Below are positions 9,801 to 18,687 of a stretch of 64,000 nucleotides of DNA, piece after piece; position 1 is the first letter of the stretch, and each line of letters starts with the position of its first letter. The stretch covers positions 47,789 through 111,788 of the forward strand of contig CAYWVD010000002.1 of the NCBI GenBank assembly GCA_964461915.1, in the 5' to 3' direction. The stretch is from an uncultured Candidatus Saccharibacteria bacterium. GTDB lineage: Bacteria; Patescibacteriota; Dojkabacteria; B142; OLB20. Below the pieces are notes generated by a model. That model was not told the DNA's origin, did not search any database, and saw only the letters and a list, made by a program, of their open reading frames with translations. The position numbers and the translations under genes are program-made.

Positions 9801-11283
9801 GTTTATAGTCACCATACTCATCAAGCATATCCAATTCTATCTCAGTAGAATCGATAAAATTATCATTCTCAGGAGGCCCTTCATAAGGCACTTCCTCATA
9901 TAAATCTAGCTTAAACCATAGTGGTAATAGGTCATTATATTCAATAAGGTTTCTGATAGATACTTGAATATAGTAGATGGAATTTTCAGTGACAGACATA
10001 AAAAGCTTAGCTCCCTCATTATGACAGCCTAGTTGGTTATCAATAACTTTTGTTAGATTAGTCAACTGCGATCCCATATAGACTGCAATTACAGTATCCA
10101 TATCGTCAAACTCCATATCACAAGTCCCAATTGAGATGTCTGTATCATAGGGAGCTGTAAACTTCCACCAGACGGAATTAGTAGATGAATATTTATCATA
10201 TATTAAAGAGGTCGGTTCATCTATTTGAATTGTGGAGTTTTCCAAAATCCCATTACTATAACTGCTTTCATTAAGTCCAATCTCTATAGCATTCTCAAAA
10301 TCATCATTGTTAATTGAAGGCTCATCTGTTGGAGTTACTGTTGGAGTTACTGTTGGAGTTACTGTTGGTTCTGTATTATATAGGTAAGTATAAAAAGCAG
10401 CAGCTCTATTCTGTGTTCCAGTTAGCATTAAATAGATCCTATCGGTATCAAATATAACATCACTTACTGTTTCGGATACTGTAAGACTATCAACATAGTT
10501 AAAGGTATCATCATAAATTTTTAGGCCAGGCACATAAAGATCTAGGACATAAACATAACCGGAGCTATCCACTGCCAATTTCCAAGGATATTCTATTTCA
10601 TCTGCAAAGCTACCTTCACTTGCGGCACAATCATTCAGGTTACAATAAAAGACCTGAGACACACCAAAAGAGGATTCCATATTTAAAACAAATAATCTTG
10701 GCTCAGCACCTGAAGTATCTATCTCAACATCAACAGGATTTGAAATTAACGAGGAGTTGGAATAAATTGAGACAGTACTATTAGATAGATCAACCCTATA
10801 TATTGTATTGGAATTTTTTCCAACCACATAAACAAATCCATCGTAATATGTTAATCCCCGGATTCTAATATTCGCTCCAACAGGAGCGATATCATAGGTA
10901 TCTATAATATTTAAATTACTATCAAAATGCATGACGCTATCTGATTCTGACCCAATAACAGAAGCAAAGACATCACCACTATCTGATACTGCTAAGCCAT
11001 TAAGTTCAGGAATAAGAGTATCCGTAGATACCTGAAAAACACCACCACTATCGAATTTATCGATTTTAGAATAGTCATAATTGAAAATATAAAGATTACC
11101 TGATGCATCCCTATCAAATTCCTTGAAATAAGAGCTATTATCTTCTAATACAACTGTTCTATCTAAATCTGAAACTATCTCCGCCTCTATCTGTTTATAA
11201 CTAGTAAATGTTAAGACTAGAATAGAATAGATAGGTAGAATGATTAACAATATGCTTATCACATTATGGGGTTTGAACTGCAT
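6832..11283 (-). CDS. Giant (1483 aa) membrane-anchored surface protein with beta-propeller-like repeats, a TPTV linker, a Cys-rich module and CarboxypepD_reg-like domains
   Basis: It has an N-terminal TM and a (TPTV)n linker encoded by 15-nt tandem repeats near 10321-10380. There are Cys-rich segments and two prealbumin/CarboxypepD_reg-like domains (GIVYDAQNHVPVAFAIIRIF..., GYIFDQQTGERIKGGFLRIF...) interleaved with TM helices. Confidence 0.75.
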   Translation of the reverse strand: MQFKPHNVISILLIILPIYSILVLTFTSYKQIEAEIVSDLDRTVVLEDNSSYFKEFDRDASGNLYIFNYDYSKIDKFDSGGVFQVSTDTLIPELNGLAVSDSGDVFASVIGSESDSVMHFDSNLNIIDTYDIAPVGANIRIRGLTYYDGFVYVVGKNSNTIYRVDLSNSTVSIYSNSSLISNPVDVEIDTSGAEPRLFVLNMESSFGVSQVFYCNLNDCAASEGSFADEIEYPWKLAVDSSGYVYVLDLYVPGLKIYDDTFNYVDSLTVSETVSDVIFDTDRIYLMLTGTQNRAAAFYTYLYNTEPTVTPTVTPTVTPTDEPSINNDDFENAIEIGLNESSYSNGILENSTIQIDEPTSLIYDKYSSTNSVWWKFTAPYDTDISIGTCDMEFDDMDTVIAVYMGSQLTNLTKVIDNQLGCHNEGAKLFMSVTENSIYYIQVSIRNLIEYNDLLPLWFKLDLYEEVPYEGPPENDNFIDSTEIELDMLDEYGDYKPYIINTTRNATMEDGEPDASKYAMDPRTLWWKWTNDSISREVWIDTCNKFGWRVDTVLSVYTGSSVNDLILLAENDDWATNGSDANWSCNWQDQTSFLTFQALPNTTYYFRVLDISNRNVNMNITFRNRPIIYSIKDDTPSGDFWCSNHGDIARTIPYGMPGLGIFEDWQVCWAWCQANMNEEYSICQNNGDSSRACWLVRSPVGGMNNCEWVEPNEGWHHPMGSYVGEADGYLLSLDDDLRATLISNLDMDVTRFKQVGERGIYVIDDDDSMIMAKVEVLFNANHDWTNLSGEVDMVEGKVFIDDPSAEPGALGAYNLMVPILESDPSDYLLLCPLAESILDVSETCAGAKIVSDLDPKVSIVTGSDGNDYWMVEGLTQSMGAMNYTFPYTPACGNEIIDEGEQCDGINLGGFECSSFPGYNSGDLSCYESCNYDVGQCSYVAPSISPTATPPATITISPSVTGSAVPSTPVPTPTPDQKCIYVSDDGECIFELEIINVRTSTDDGNIEICWDSNAPSKGVIKYGKRGMMDKITLPETEAKLLDHCILISDAEYDTPYDFEINIKYGEYLDSYFGNFEINHIEYYSQCHVYLNRDYALDPEGNVSFTFSTDNTTYCTLNYGNDPQRMDAFGKITPYASSFKALMDIGFNNALDVYYKVSCVSVVNQCSASDVISAKTLAPMLEEVGLFSNQNRVLIGTFSIALALIGLSMVFIPVLFTSPKFLIYGFIWFLPRKKKKPWGIVYDAQNHVPVAFAIIRIFSDGKLIKQSVTDLEGKYSFILDKGNYQMEVLHSDYSKYNKEVKVINKEDQLTLDVPLQRNWKPAAFNIKKLAQKMLTGLGWVIGIVGLTLSVIALVFNFSAFNLIVLAFYIIHLGILIFVKPIRNWGYIFDQQTGERIKGGFLRIFNKEQSRQIELQLSDEKGRFGFRLAKGSYYLAVAVPGYELVDSSSLITLADGTKVMDIGDGSISDLSIALNKKEVMPVMAESAF
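10321..10380 (-). repeat. 15-nt tandem coding repeat (actgttggagttact x ~4) encoding the TPTVTPTV linker inside the giant surface protein gene
   Basis: The repeat is visible directly in the sequence. Confidence 0.8.
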
Positions 11284-11352
11284 TTTGAGATAGTTTAAAA
11301 GTTTTCATATATATTAATAGTACATAAATTTGAAAATATTTCAATAAAATCC

Positions 11353-12384
11353 CTATTTATACCCTTTTCTTTTTCTCTCCAACATCTCAAAAAAATGAGT
11401 TAACCAATATCTTCTTTTTAAAGGCAGATCTAGGGCATGTACCCATTCCCTCTGATAGCCCCCAAAACCCTTCTTAAAAAGAGTAAAACCAAACCATGGA
11501 TTTCTAGGATCATTGTCTCTAGCGATACCAAAGAAATTATATATAAGAAAGCCTTTTTTCTTAGCATACTTTATTGATTCCCAATGTAATAAATACATTG
11601 CAGGAATATTTCGAAATTCTGTGAGACTTCCTGAATGATGATAAAAAACTTGATTTTTATAATTTATAAAAAGAGAGGCAGCAATAAACTTACCTTTGTA
11701 TTTAGCTAAAATTAGTGATATTTCATCATTTTTTAGATATTCAATATATTCCTCTTTTATATATTCGTAAGAATATGGCTTCCATTTTTGTCTTGCAACA
11801 GTATCTTGATAAATATCCCAAAAATTTTCGAAATATTTTAATTCTTTAGTTTGAATAATTTTTAGATCGGGATTTTTTAAAGCTTTTTTAATTAGATATC
11901 TTGTTGAATCACGCATACCTTTTAAAATATCTTCTTCAGTTTGTGATAGATCTAATACCCAAGTGACTTCTGCATCAACATCATGCATTTGGCAATACTT
12001 AAAACCTAGATCCATTAGTTTTTTAATTTTCTGATCGTCTTCTTTGAAAATATTTGGACTTATTCTTAAAAAATCGCACTTTTTTGATTCAGTAAATTCA
12101 ATTAATTTTTTGTATACTTCTTTTATATCAATGTCCGAATTGAAATTTATTACAGGACCTCCGCGTATGTGTAAAAAGCGCCCCCTTTTTGCATTTACTA
12201 AGACTGACAGAGCCACACCAACAAGTTGATTTTCTTTATAAATCCCAATATTAAAAACTTCCTTACCCCTCGATCTTTCGAGCTCTCCCCAAGTCCAGCC
12301 CTGGAAAAAAATAGGTTCAATAATTGACTGATCTAAAAAAGATTCCCAAATATTTATATCTGAGATATTTTCAATTTTAATCAT
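11353..12384 (-). CDS. FemAB-family peptidyltransferase (peptidoglycan interpeptide bridge formation)
   Basis: The C-terminal half matches the FemAB family (FINYKNQVFYHHSGS...YLLHWESIKYAKKKGFLIYNFFGI). The start is taken at the internal MIKIENI, because the longer ORF (to 12453) would overlap the upstream gene by 77 nt. Confidence 0.6.
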   Translation of the reverse strand: MIKIENISDINIWESFLDQSIIEPIFFQGWTWGELERSRGKEVFNIGIYKENQLVGVALSVLVNAKRGRFLHIRGGPVINFNSDIDIKEVYKKLIEFTESKKCDFLRISPNIFKEDDQKIKKLMDLGFKYCQMHDVDAEVTWVLDLSQTEEDILKGMRDSTRYLIKKALKNPDLKIIQTKELKYFENFWDIYQDTVARQKWKPYSYEYIKEEYIEYLKNDEISLILAKYKGKFIAASLFINYKNQVFYHHSGSLTEFRNIPAMYLLHWESIKYAKKKGFLIYNFFGIARDNDPRNPWFGFTLFKKGFGGYQREWVHALDLPLKRRYWLTHFFEMLERKRKGYK

Positions 12385-14203
12385 GGACTTTTTTTGAATA
12401 TATTTTATCAAGTACAGATCTCGGAAAAGGTCCTTCAATAAGTAATAGATCACCTTCTGAGATCATAGATTTATAATAAATTGCGAAGTCAAAAACAGAA
12501 TCTATGTATTTAATTAATTTATTACTTTTTCTATCTAATAAAGCAAAATACAAATCTTTATCATTAGTGAATACCCCATCTGAATTATTTAAAATATGTT
12601 TACTCAATTCGTGATAAGATTTCTCCCTCTCTTGGCCTAGTTCAATTATTCCCTGAGTGAAAACAAATTTTTTGCCTGAGGTTTTTAAATTTTTTAAATG
12701 ATCAAGGGCAGCTATAAATCCAGTAAAATTTGCATTATACCCGTCATCAAGAACTTTAACTCCCTTAATACCTTCAACAATGTTTAAATAAGGTACCTGG
12801 AATTCAGTTTTGTTGATGATATCGACAATATCTTTGATATCAAGCCCCAATTCAATAGCCACTAATATAGCAGCCATTAAATTTGAAATGTTGTATTGAA
12901 CTTTTAAATTCGTTTTAAGTAAATATTCCTTTGTATCGTACTGGAGTTTAAATACCAAACCCCTTCTAGATTCTTTAATGTCCGAAACAGAAATGCTGTG
13001 GGAAATTCCTTTGCGAGATTTAGAATCATCTTTATCATCAAAATCAAATTTGTGTGATACCATTTTTTCAACATTAGATGCTGAAAAATAAAATTGTTTT
13101 CTAGTTTTTGTTTTTTCAGCTAATTTTATACAATACTCATTATCTCCATTAAATATGGATAATCCACCCGGGCTTAAACATTCAATTACTTCGTAGGAAG
13201 AATCTAAAATTGATTTTATTGATCCATACAGACTAAGATGCTGTTGATCAATGCCTGTAATTATAGCGATATTCGGCCTAGTAACTTTACAACAATCTTC
13301 AATTTCACCTATTTTATATGCGCCCATTTCCGCAACAAATACTTCAGTATCTTTTTTAAGCTTCCTTAAAATTGTTAATGCAATTCCAACATCAGTATTA
13401 TTATTTTTGTCTGTTTTTATAGTATTAAACCTCTGTGAAATTATTTGAAAAATTATTTCTTTAGTTGTGCTCTTTCCGTAGCTCCCAGTAACAGAAACAA
13501 CTCGGACTTTGGGAAGCTTCTCCATTTTTTCTATGGCTTTAGAAATTAAAGATTTCCTTTTTAAATAGGCAATAGGCCTTGTAATTAAAACAAATAGAGC
13601 AATAAAAAACGGAGAGAATAAATCCATTCCAATGCCTATTATCGTGGAAAAGAATAAAATCAAATATTCCGGTCTGTAAATTTCAAGATCTTGACTAATA
13701 ACCGGCGTTAGTTCATTGACAACTTCAGATACAGAAACAATATTGTCCGAATAAATGACTTTCTCTCCTTGGTAATTTGCCGGTATAGATAGACTGACCC
13801 ATAAATACGGAAGAATAAACAGAACAAGCATTAAAATAATAATTATAATATTCCTTAGGCTACGAATATTTGGTCTAAAAAACTTTTTTGTAATAAGTTT
13901 GGGTAAGAAAATAAAAGCTTCATTCCAATATATAAAAAAGGAAATAACGATAAGAATTAATTGATTTTGAATATTCCCAACTAAAAAGAAAACGAATATA
14001 AGAGTAAATAGTCCTATTGAGAAGTATGTGATCAATGGATTCCGGACACCTTTAACTTTCTCAAATGATATTTCCGAGATCAATCTGTCAAATCGATATT
14101 CCTTGACTTGCCAAAAATATAGATCCCAAATTAAATTTCTTATACAAACCAAAAAATATGGTAACGAAAGGAAAATCAATAAAAATAATAATACTTCAGT
14201 CAT
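12377..14203 (-). CDS. Mur-ligase family protein (MurF-like) with an N-terminal polytopic membrane domain
   Basis: It has the P-loop VTGSYGKSTTKEI (Mur ligase GxxGKT/S) and Mur ligase central and C-terminal domains. The first ~230 aa are strongly hydrophobic with multiple TM helices. Confidence 0.65.
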   Translation of the reverse strand: MTEVLLFLLIFLSLPYFLVCIRNLIWDLYFWQVKEYRFDRLISEISFEKVKGVRNPLITYFSIGLFTLIFVFFLVGNIQNQLILIVISFFIYWNEAFIFLPKLITKKFFRPNIRSLRNIIIIILMLVLFILPYLWVSLSIPANYQGEKVIYSDNIVSVSEVVNELTPVISQDLEIYRPEYLILFFSTIIGIGMDLFSPFFIALFVLITRPIAYLKRKSLISKAIEKMEKLPKVRVVSVTGSYGKSTTKEIIFQIISQRFNTIKTDKNNNTDVGIALTILRKLKKDTEVFVAEMGAYKIGEIEDCCKVTRPNIAIITGIDQQHLSLYGSIKSILDSSYEVIECLSPGGLSIFNGDNEYCIKLAEKTKTRKQFYFSASNVEKMVSHKFDFDDKDDSKSRKGISHSISVSDIKESRRGLVFKLQYDTKEYLLKTNLKVQYNISNLMAAILVAIELGLDIKDIVDIINKTEFQVPYLNIVEGIKGVKVLDDGYNANFTGFIAALDHLKNLKTSGKKFVFTQGIIELGQEREKSYHELSKHILNNSDGVFTNDKDLYFALLDRKSNKLIKYIDSVFDFAIYYKSMISEGDLLLIEGPFPRSVLDKIYSKKVHD

Positions 14204-14206
14204 GTT

Positions 14207-14950
14207 TTAATTTTTTATAAAATTTGAAATAGACTGAGCAACATCATCAGGATTAACTAGGGGTAATCCATGACCAAATCCTCTAAATATTTTAATTTCA
14301 GAATTTGTTATTAGTTTTTTAATTTTTTCACCCATCCATAAAGGTGTCATGCGATCATTGTCACCCCAAATTATCAAAGTATCTACTTTAATTTTATTAA
14401 TTTCCTCATCTAGAGATTCATCCAGTATGTTTTTGAAGGTTTCCCTAAGCTTCTCGGATCTATAGTAATCCATTTCTCTAACTATGTATTTATAATAGCT
14501 ATACCTGAGCTTATCTTCGACTTTATTTAAAACGGGTAATGCTGTTATTTTTTTTGCGCCAGTTGAAATCTTTTTAAACACAGCTTTTTTAAGTGAATTA
14601 TTAGGTTTGATCCCAGATGCAGCAATCAAAACCATTTTTTTAAAAACACCGGGATACATCAAAGCTGTTTTCAAAATTACTTTTCCGCCAAATGAATGAC
14701 CAACAAAAACGGGATCAACTAACTTTAGCTCAACTATTGTTTCAATTAGTAAATTTGCATAATCCTTTAAATACATAGAATTCTTGGGGATTGGTGTTTC
14801 GAGAGACCCTGGCCAATCGATACTAATTACCCTAAAACCCTGATTAGATAAGCTAGTAGCAAGGGGTTCAATTGTTTTAGAACTGCCACCCCAACCATGA
14901 AGTAAAACAAGATCTCTTCCTCTCCCTTTAATAGAATAGGTCAATTTCAT
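14207..14950 (-). CDS. Alpha/beta-hydrolase fold protein
   Basis: LVLLHGWGGS and the nucleophile elbow GHSFGG are present. The start is set at the internal MKLTYSI to avoid a divergent overlap with the next gene. Confidence 0.75.
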   Translation of the reverse strand: MKLTYSIKGRGRDLVLLHGWGGSSKTIEPLATSLSNQGFRVISIDWPGSLETPIPKNSMYLKDYANLLIETIVELKLVDPVFVGHSFGGKVILKTALMYPGVFKKMVLIAASGIKPNNSLKKAVFKKISTGAKKITALPVLNKVEDKLRYSYYKYIVREMDYYRSEKLRETFKNILDESLDEEINKIKVDTLIIWGDNDRMTPLWMGEKIKKLITNSEIKIFRGFGHGLPLVNPDDVAQSISNFIKN

Positions 14951-14991
14951 TTTAAAAAGATCAAATTTATGTAATGATATCTTAATAAATA

Positions 14992-16554
14992 TTGCAGAAT
15001 ATGCAAAAAAGAACAAGTGAAACTTTTTTCAAGCGCATTTTAACAATTATTTTAATAATTACTTTTCTTGTAATTATTATAAATCTTCTCTTAACTATTC
15101 CTCAAACAATTCAAAAAGAAAATCTTAATAAAAATATCCAAAACAACTTAGCGGTGCTGAAAGAAGTCGGAATTGATCTCGAAATCGAAACTAACACATC
15201 CTATAAATTTAACAAAAAGGTTGCCGATCAAGAATTAGACATTCTTAAACAGATCGATAATTCTATCAATTCAATAATTAATAATGAAATTAAAGCATTA
15301 GATATCGAAATCTCTTTTCTAGAAAAAGACTTGGAGGATCTTAAAACGCATATTGAGGGACTTGGAATCAAAGATATCCCTATAATTGAAATACTACAAA
15401 TTCCGGATGGGACTACAAAGTCTCAGGTCTTGAAAATTAAACATCAAAATTATTTATCCTTAGAAAATTCTACACAATCAATTATTAATTCAATTAAAGC
15501 ATTTGGAGAGGAAAGGGTTACTAATAAAGAATTTTTTAATCCGTTATGGTCTTTAAAGAAAAGTGAAGTTGAATCCAATGTAAAAGCAATGCCAATAGAA
15601 GAAAAAATCGGGCAACTTTTTATTTGGACAATAAATGGTAGCTCATTATCAAATTCAGAAAAAGAACAATTCAAAAAAACACCGCCCTCAGGTGTTATTT
15701 TAATGGGATACAATATTTCGAGTGAATCTCAACTTAAAAATTTAACAAAAGATATTCAACTAACAAATACTTCTATTCCACTTTTTATTACTACTGACCA
15801 AGAAGGCGGCGTAGTAAAAAGAGTTGGATGGGATTATACAGCCGGTCAAAAACAATGGGCCTCATTAAGTAATGACGAAATATGTTCACTTGCAAAAAGC
15901 CGTTCGGATGTGCTTTTAAAATCAGGAATCAATGTTAACTTTTCCCCCGTTGTTGATCTATCATATTCCGGCTCAGGCTTTATAAACAATCGGACAATCG
16001 ACTCAAACTCAGTAGTTGTATCCGAAAAAGCCAACCAATATGTAAAATGCTCACAAGAAAAGGGTATTATTACAACTTTAAAACATTTCCCAGGACATGG
16101 TTCTACCGCCGTTGATTCACATTATTATTTACCAATTATCAATAAATCCAAAGAGGATTGGTTATCGAGTGACGCTATTCCATTTATAAACAATTTTGAA
16201 TCAAAATTCATAATGGTCGGCCATCTAAAGTTCTCAAGCATAGATAATAATAACCCCGCGACAACCTCATCGATCCTTCTCAACGATATTTTGCGAAAAG
16301 AATTGGGCTATAAGGGGATTGTAATTACAGACGATATGAATCAGCTTCATAGAAGTACCGGAATCTCAAAAAAGGACGCCATCATAAAATCTTTAAATGC
16401 AGGAGTCGATATAATCCTCTATGTTGGTTTGCCCGATTCTCCCGAAAAAATAATTCAGATTGTTAAAGATGGAATTATAAATGGAGAAATATCTCAAGAC
16501 TTAATTGATGAAAAAGTAACGCGAATACTTCTAACCAAAAGGGCAATCAAGTAG
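14992..16554 (+). CDS. Glycoside hydrolase family 3 (beta-N-acetylhexosaminidase, NagZ-like) with an N-terminal TM and coiled coil
   Basis: GH3 N-domain motifs are present: TTDQEGGVVKRV and KHFPGHGSTAVDSHYYLP. Confidence 0.8.
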   Translation: MQNMQKRTSETFFKRILTIILIITFLVIIINLLLTIPQTIQKENLNKNIQNNLAVLKEVGIDLEIETNTSYKFNKKVADQELDILKQIDNSINSIINNEIKALDIEISFLEKDLEDLKTHIEGLGIKDIPIIEILQIPDGTTKSQVLKIKHQNYLSLENSTQSIINSIKAFGEERVTNKEFFNPLWSLKKSEVESNVKAMPIEEKIGQLFIWTINGSSLSNSEKEQFKKTPPSGVILMGYNISSESQLKNLTKDIQLTNTSIPLFITTDQEGGVVKRVGWDYTAGQKQWASLSNDEICSLAKSRSDVLLKSGINVNFSPVVDLSYSGSGFINNRTIDSNSVVVSEKANQYVKCSQEKGIITTLKHFPGHGSTAVDSHYYLPIINKSKEDWLSSDAIPFINNFESKFIMVGHLKFSSIDNNNPATTSSILLNDILRKELGYKGIVITDDMNQLHRSTGISKKDAIIKSLNAGVDIILYVGLPDSPEKIIQIVKDGIINGEISQDLIDEKVTRILLTKRAIK

Positions 16555-16906
16555 TATATTTTTTTTCTTTTTTTCGAAAGTCGATAAAGAAGATTATCAA
16601 GGCTATAAGTCCAATAGTAAAGAGAATTGAACCAAATAAAAAACTTAAAGTGCTTGGGTCTCTCAATTCAGTATCAAAAGGAAAACCTAAAATCGGAATA
16701 TTGACAAACCTTCCTGAATTATCAGTAGTAATACCCAATACACTAGGGGAAGACAATTGCTGAAGCTTGTCCGGATTGCTAACAATTTCGATAATCTGAA
16801 TCGGGAAAACAAAAAGTAATAAAAACATGATGCCCACGACAAACCAAACTCGCAAATCCCCAGCAATTTGAATTGATTCAATTTTATTAGAATTCTTTTT
16901 TTCCAT
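16547..16906 (-). CDS. Small hypothetical membrane protein
   Basis: 119 aa with two hydrophobic helices and no recognisable motif. Confidence 0.35.
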   Translation of the reverse strand: MEKKNSNKIESIQIAGDLRVWFVVGIMFLLLFVFPIQIIEIVSNPDKLQQLSSPSVLGITTDNSGRFVNIPILGFPFDTELRDPSTLSFLFGSILFTIGLIALIIFFIDFRKKEKKYTT

Positions 16907-16924
16907 TCGGACAGTTTTTCTTTT

Positions 16925-17983
16925 TTACAGATACTTATTAATATTACTCAAATGTTCACTATATGTCTTCCCAAAATGAATTTTTCCTGAACTATCGTGT
17001 AGGTAATAATAATATTCATTAGCTTCAGGATTAAGTGCTGCTCTAATAGCATGAATGCCAGGATTACAAATTGGGCCAGGGGGCAATCCAGGATATTTAT
17101 ATGTATTGTATAAACTTTCGGAATTCTTTAATAAATATGCATTCGCTTTCCAGTCTTTAGCTGGGTATAAAAGTGAGGCATCTATCTGTAAAAGCTTCAC
17201 GCCATTAATCCCCTTTTCTAATCTTTTCATAATGATATCGGCAATCATTGGTTCTTCGCCAACAGCAAGAGCCTCTCTTTCGATTAATGAAGCTATTATT
17301 AGATAATCATAAAAAGAATATGTTGATGAATTAAATTTTGAAAAATCTTGCGGATCTAACTTCTCAAACAATGTTGTTACCATCTTTTCCAGGACTTGAA
17401 AAGATGTTGATTCCTTGGCAAAGAAGTAAGTATCTGGGTATAAAAATCCTTCAAGGTTTTTACCAGCCGGTTTATATAAACTTAAATATTCATTGACCTT
17501 CGATGAGAACTTATAATTGTCAGGATTTTCAACAATATCTAAAAATTCCTGCTTATTAAATTTTGATTCGGGAACTCCCTTAAATCCTTTTTCTAAAGCA
17601 TCGGCTACTTCATCATATCTTAATCCCTCGACTATGGTTATTTTAATATCCTCCTTATTTTTTGCCTTCTGAAAAATTTCAAAGATTTCAACTATTGTTG
17701 AATTTTGTGGAATTTCAAAATATCCAGCTTGAAAACCCGAAACTTTGTCCGAATTCAATTTCGCATAAATAATAAAGGGATTAGAATCTTTTATAAGCTC
17801 GGCTTTTAGTAAGTTTTGAGCAATAAATTCAACACTTTCTCCGGGGGTTATTTCAAAAACAACTTTGCTGGAACTCGTAGAATTACTACTCGTAATTGCA
17901 TTGTTATACCAATAATATCCGGCAAAAAAAGCTCCGCCAATAATCAATATGATAACTAATATAAAAGTAAATGTTTTTTTCAT
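16925..17983 (-). CDS. mltG: Endolytic murein transglycosylase MltG (YceG family)
   Basis: It has an N-terminal TM and the YceG C-terminal signature GLPPGPICNPG...YYYYLHDSSGKIHFGKTYSEH. Confidence 0.85.
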   Translation of the reverse strand: MKKTFTFILVIILIIGGAFFAGYYWYNNAITSSNSTSSSKVVFEITPGESVEFIAQNLLKAELIKDSNPFIIYAKLNSDKVSGFQAGYFEIPQNSTIVEIFEIFQKAKNKEDIKITIVEGLRYDEVADALEKGFKGVPESKFNKQEFLDIVENPDNYKFSSKVNEYLSLYKPAGKNLEGFLYPDTYFFAKESTSFQVLEKMVTTLFEKLDPQDFSKFNSSTYSFYDYLIIASLIEREALAVGEEPMIADIIMKRLEKGINGVKLLQIDASLLYPAKDWKANAYLLKNSESLYNTYKYPGLPPGPICNPGIHAIRAALNPEANEYYYYLHDSSGKIHFGKTYSEHLSNINKYL

Positions 17984-18390
17984 TTGTTCATTTGTTGATA
18001 AAAATCTAAATACTCTTGTAATACAAGTCTGGCAGCTCTGGAATCCGAAGTTTTTCTTCTTTTGCCTCTTAGTCCCGATTCTGCATTCTTGCTACTATAC
18101 GATTCATCCCAAAAAATTACATCTTTTAGTGTAAGATTTTTAATATGATCAGCAAAATCCCTAATTTTTTTTGTTATTTCATTTTCTCTTTCAAGCCCCG
18201 GTAAACCAATAATTATTTGTTTAATATTCCTAGATTCGATTACTTTTAATATTTCAGAATCTATTGTTTTTGGGTTATTTCGTAAAGCGGGTATATCTAT
18301 GGCAAACTTGCCATCTTCATCAGAGACGGCTAATCCAATGTTTTTTGTACCAAAATCAATACCTAAATGAATCATATTGAAATTATACAT
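17980..18390 (-). CDS. ruvX: Holliday-junction resolvase-like nuclease RuvX/YqgF
   Basis: MIHLGIDFGTKNIGLAVSD at the N-terminus is typical of YqgF. Confidence 0.85.
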   Translation of the reverse strand: MYNFNMIHLGIDFGTKNIGLAVSDEDGKFAIDIPALRNNPKTIDSEILKVIESRNIKQIIIGLPGLERENEITKKIRDFADHIKNLTLKDVIFWDESYSSKNAESGLRGKRRKTSDSRAARLVLQEYLDFYQQMNK

Positions 18391-18687
18391 GAACGAAACA
18401 TCAATTCACAATGAAATTTGATGTTTAATGTAGATGGATTTACGCAACTATTCTCCCCTAGGCTATTCATAACTTTTTATTTAAGAACTACATTTTTCCA
18501 TATAACCTGTTATAATTATTCAGGTGTTTTTTAAAGGTGAGTAGTAGAAGGAATTTCAAGAGAATTCATTCTTATCCCTTAAAAACGTAAGAATGTAACA
18601 ATAATTATTTATAATGAGTCCTCTTGCCAATTTCTTCAAAGCCTCTTTTAAAAACTACCGACAATTTAATATTTTAAGGTTTTAAAA

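Noticed and set aside
10321-10380. Short tandem repeat that could be mistaken for a CRISPR or mini-satellite
   Set aside because: The 15-nt units sit in-frame inside the giant surface protein gene and encode a TPTV linker. There are no spacers of unique sequence, and no cas genes anywhere in the window.
14992-15016. Divergent 25-nt overlap between the alpha/beta-hydrolase and GH3 gene starts
   Set aside because: It is most simply explained by an over-extended start call. The hydrolase has a plausible internal start, MKLTYSI, at 14950.
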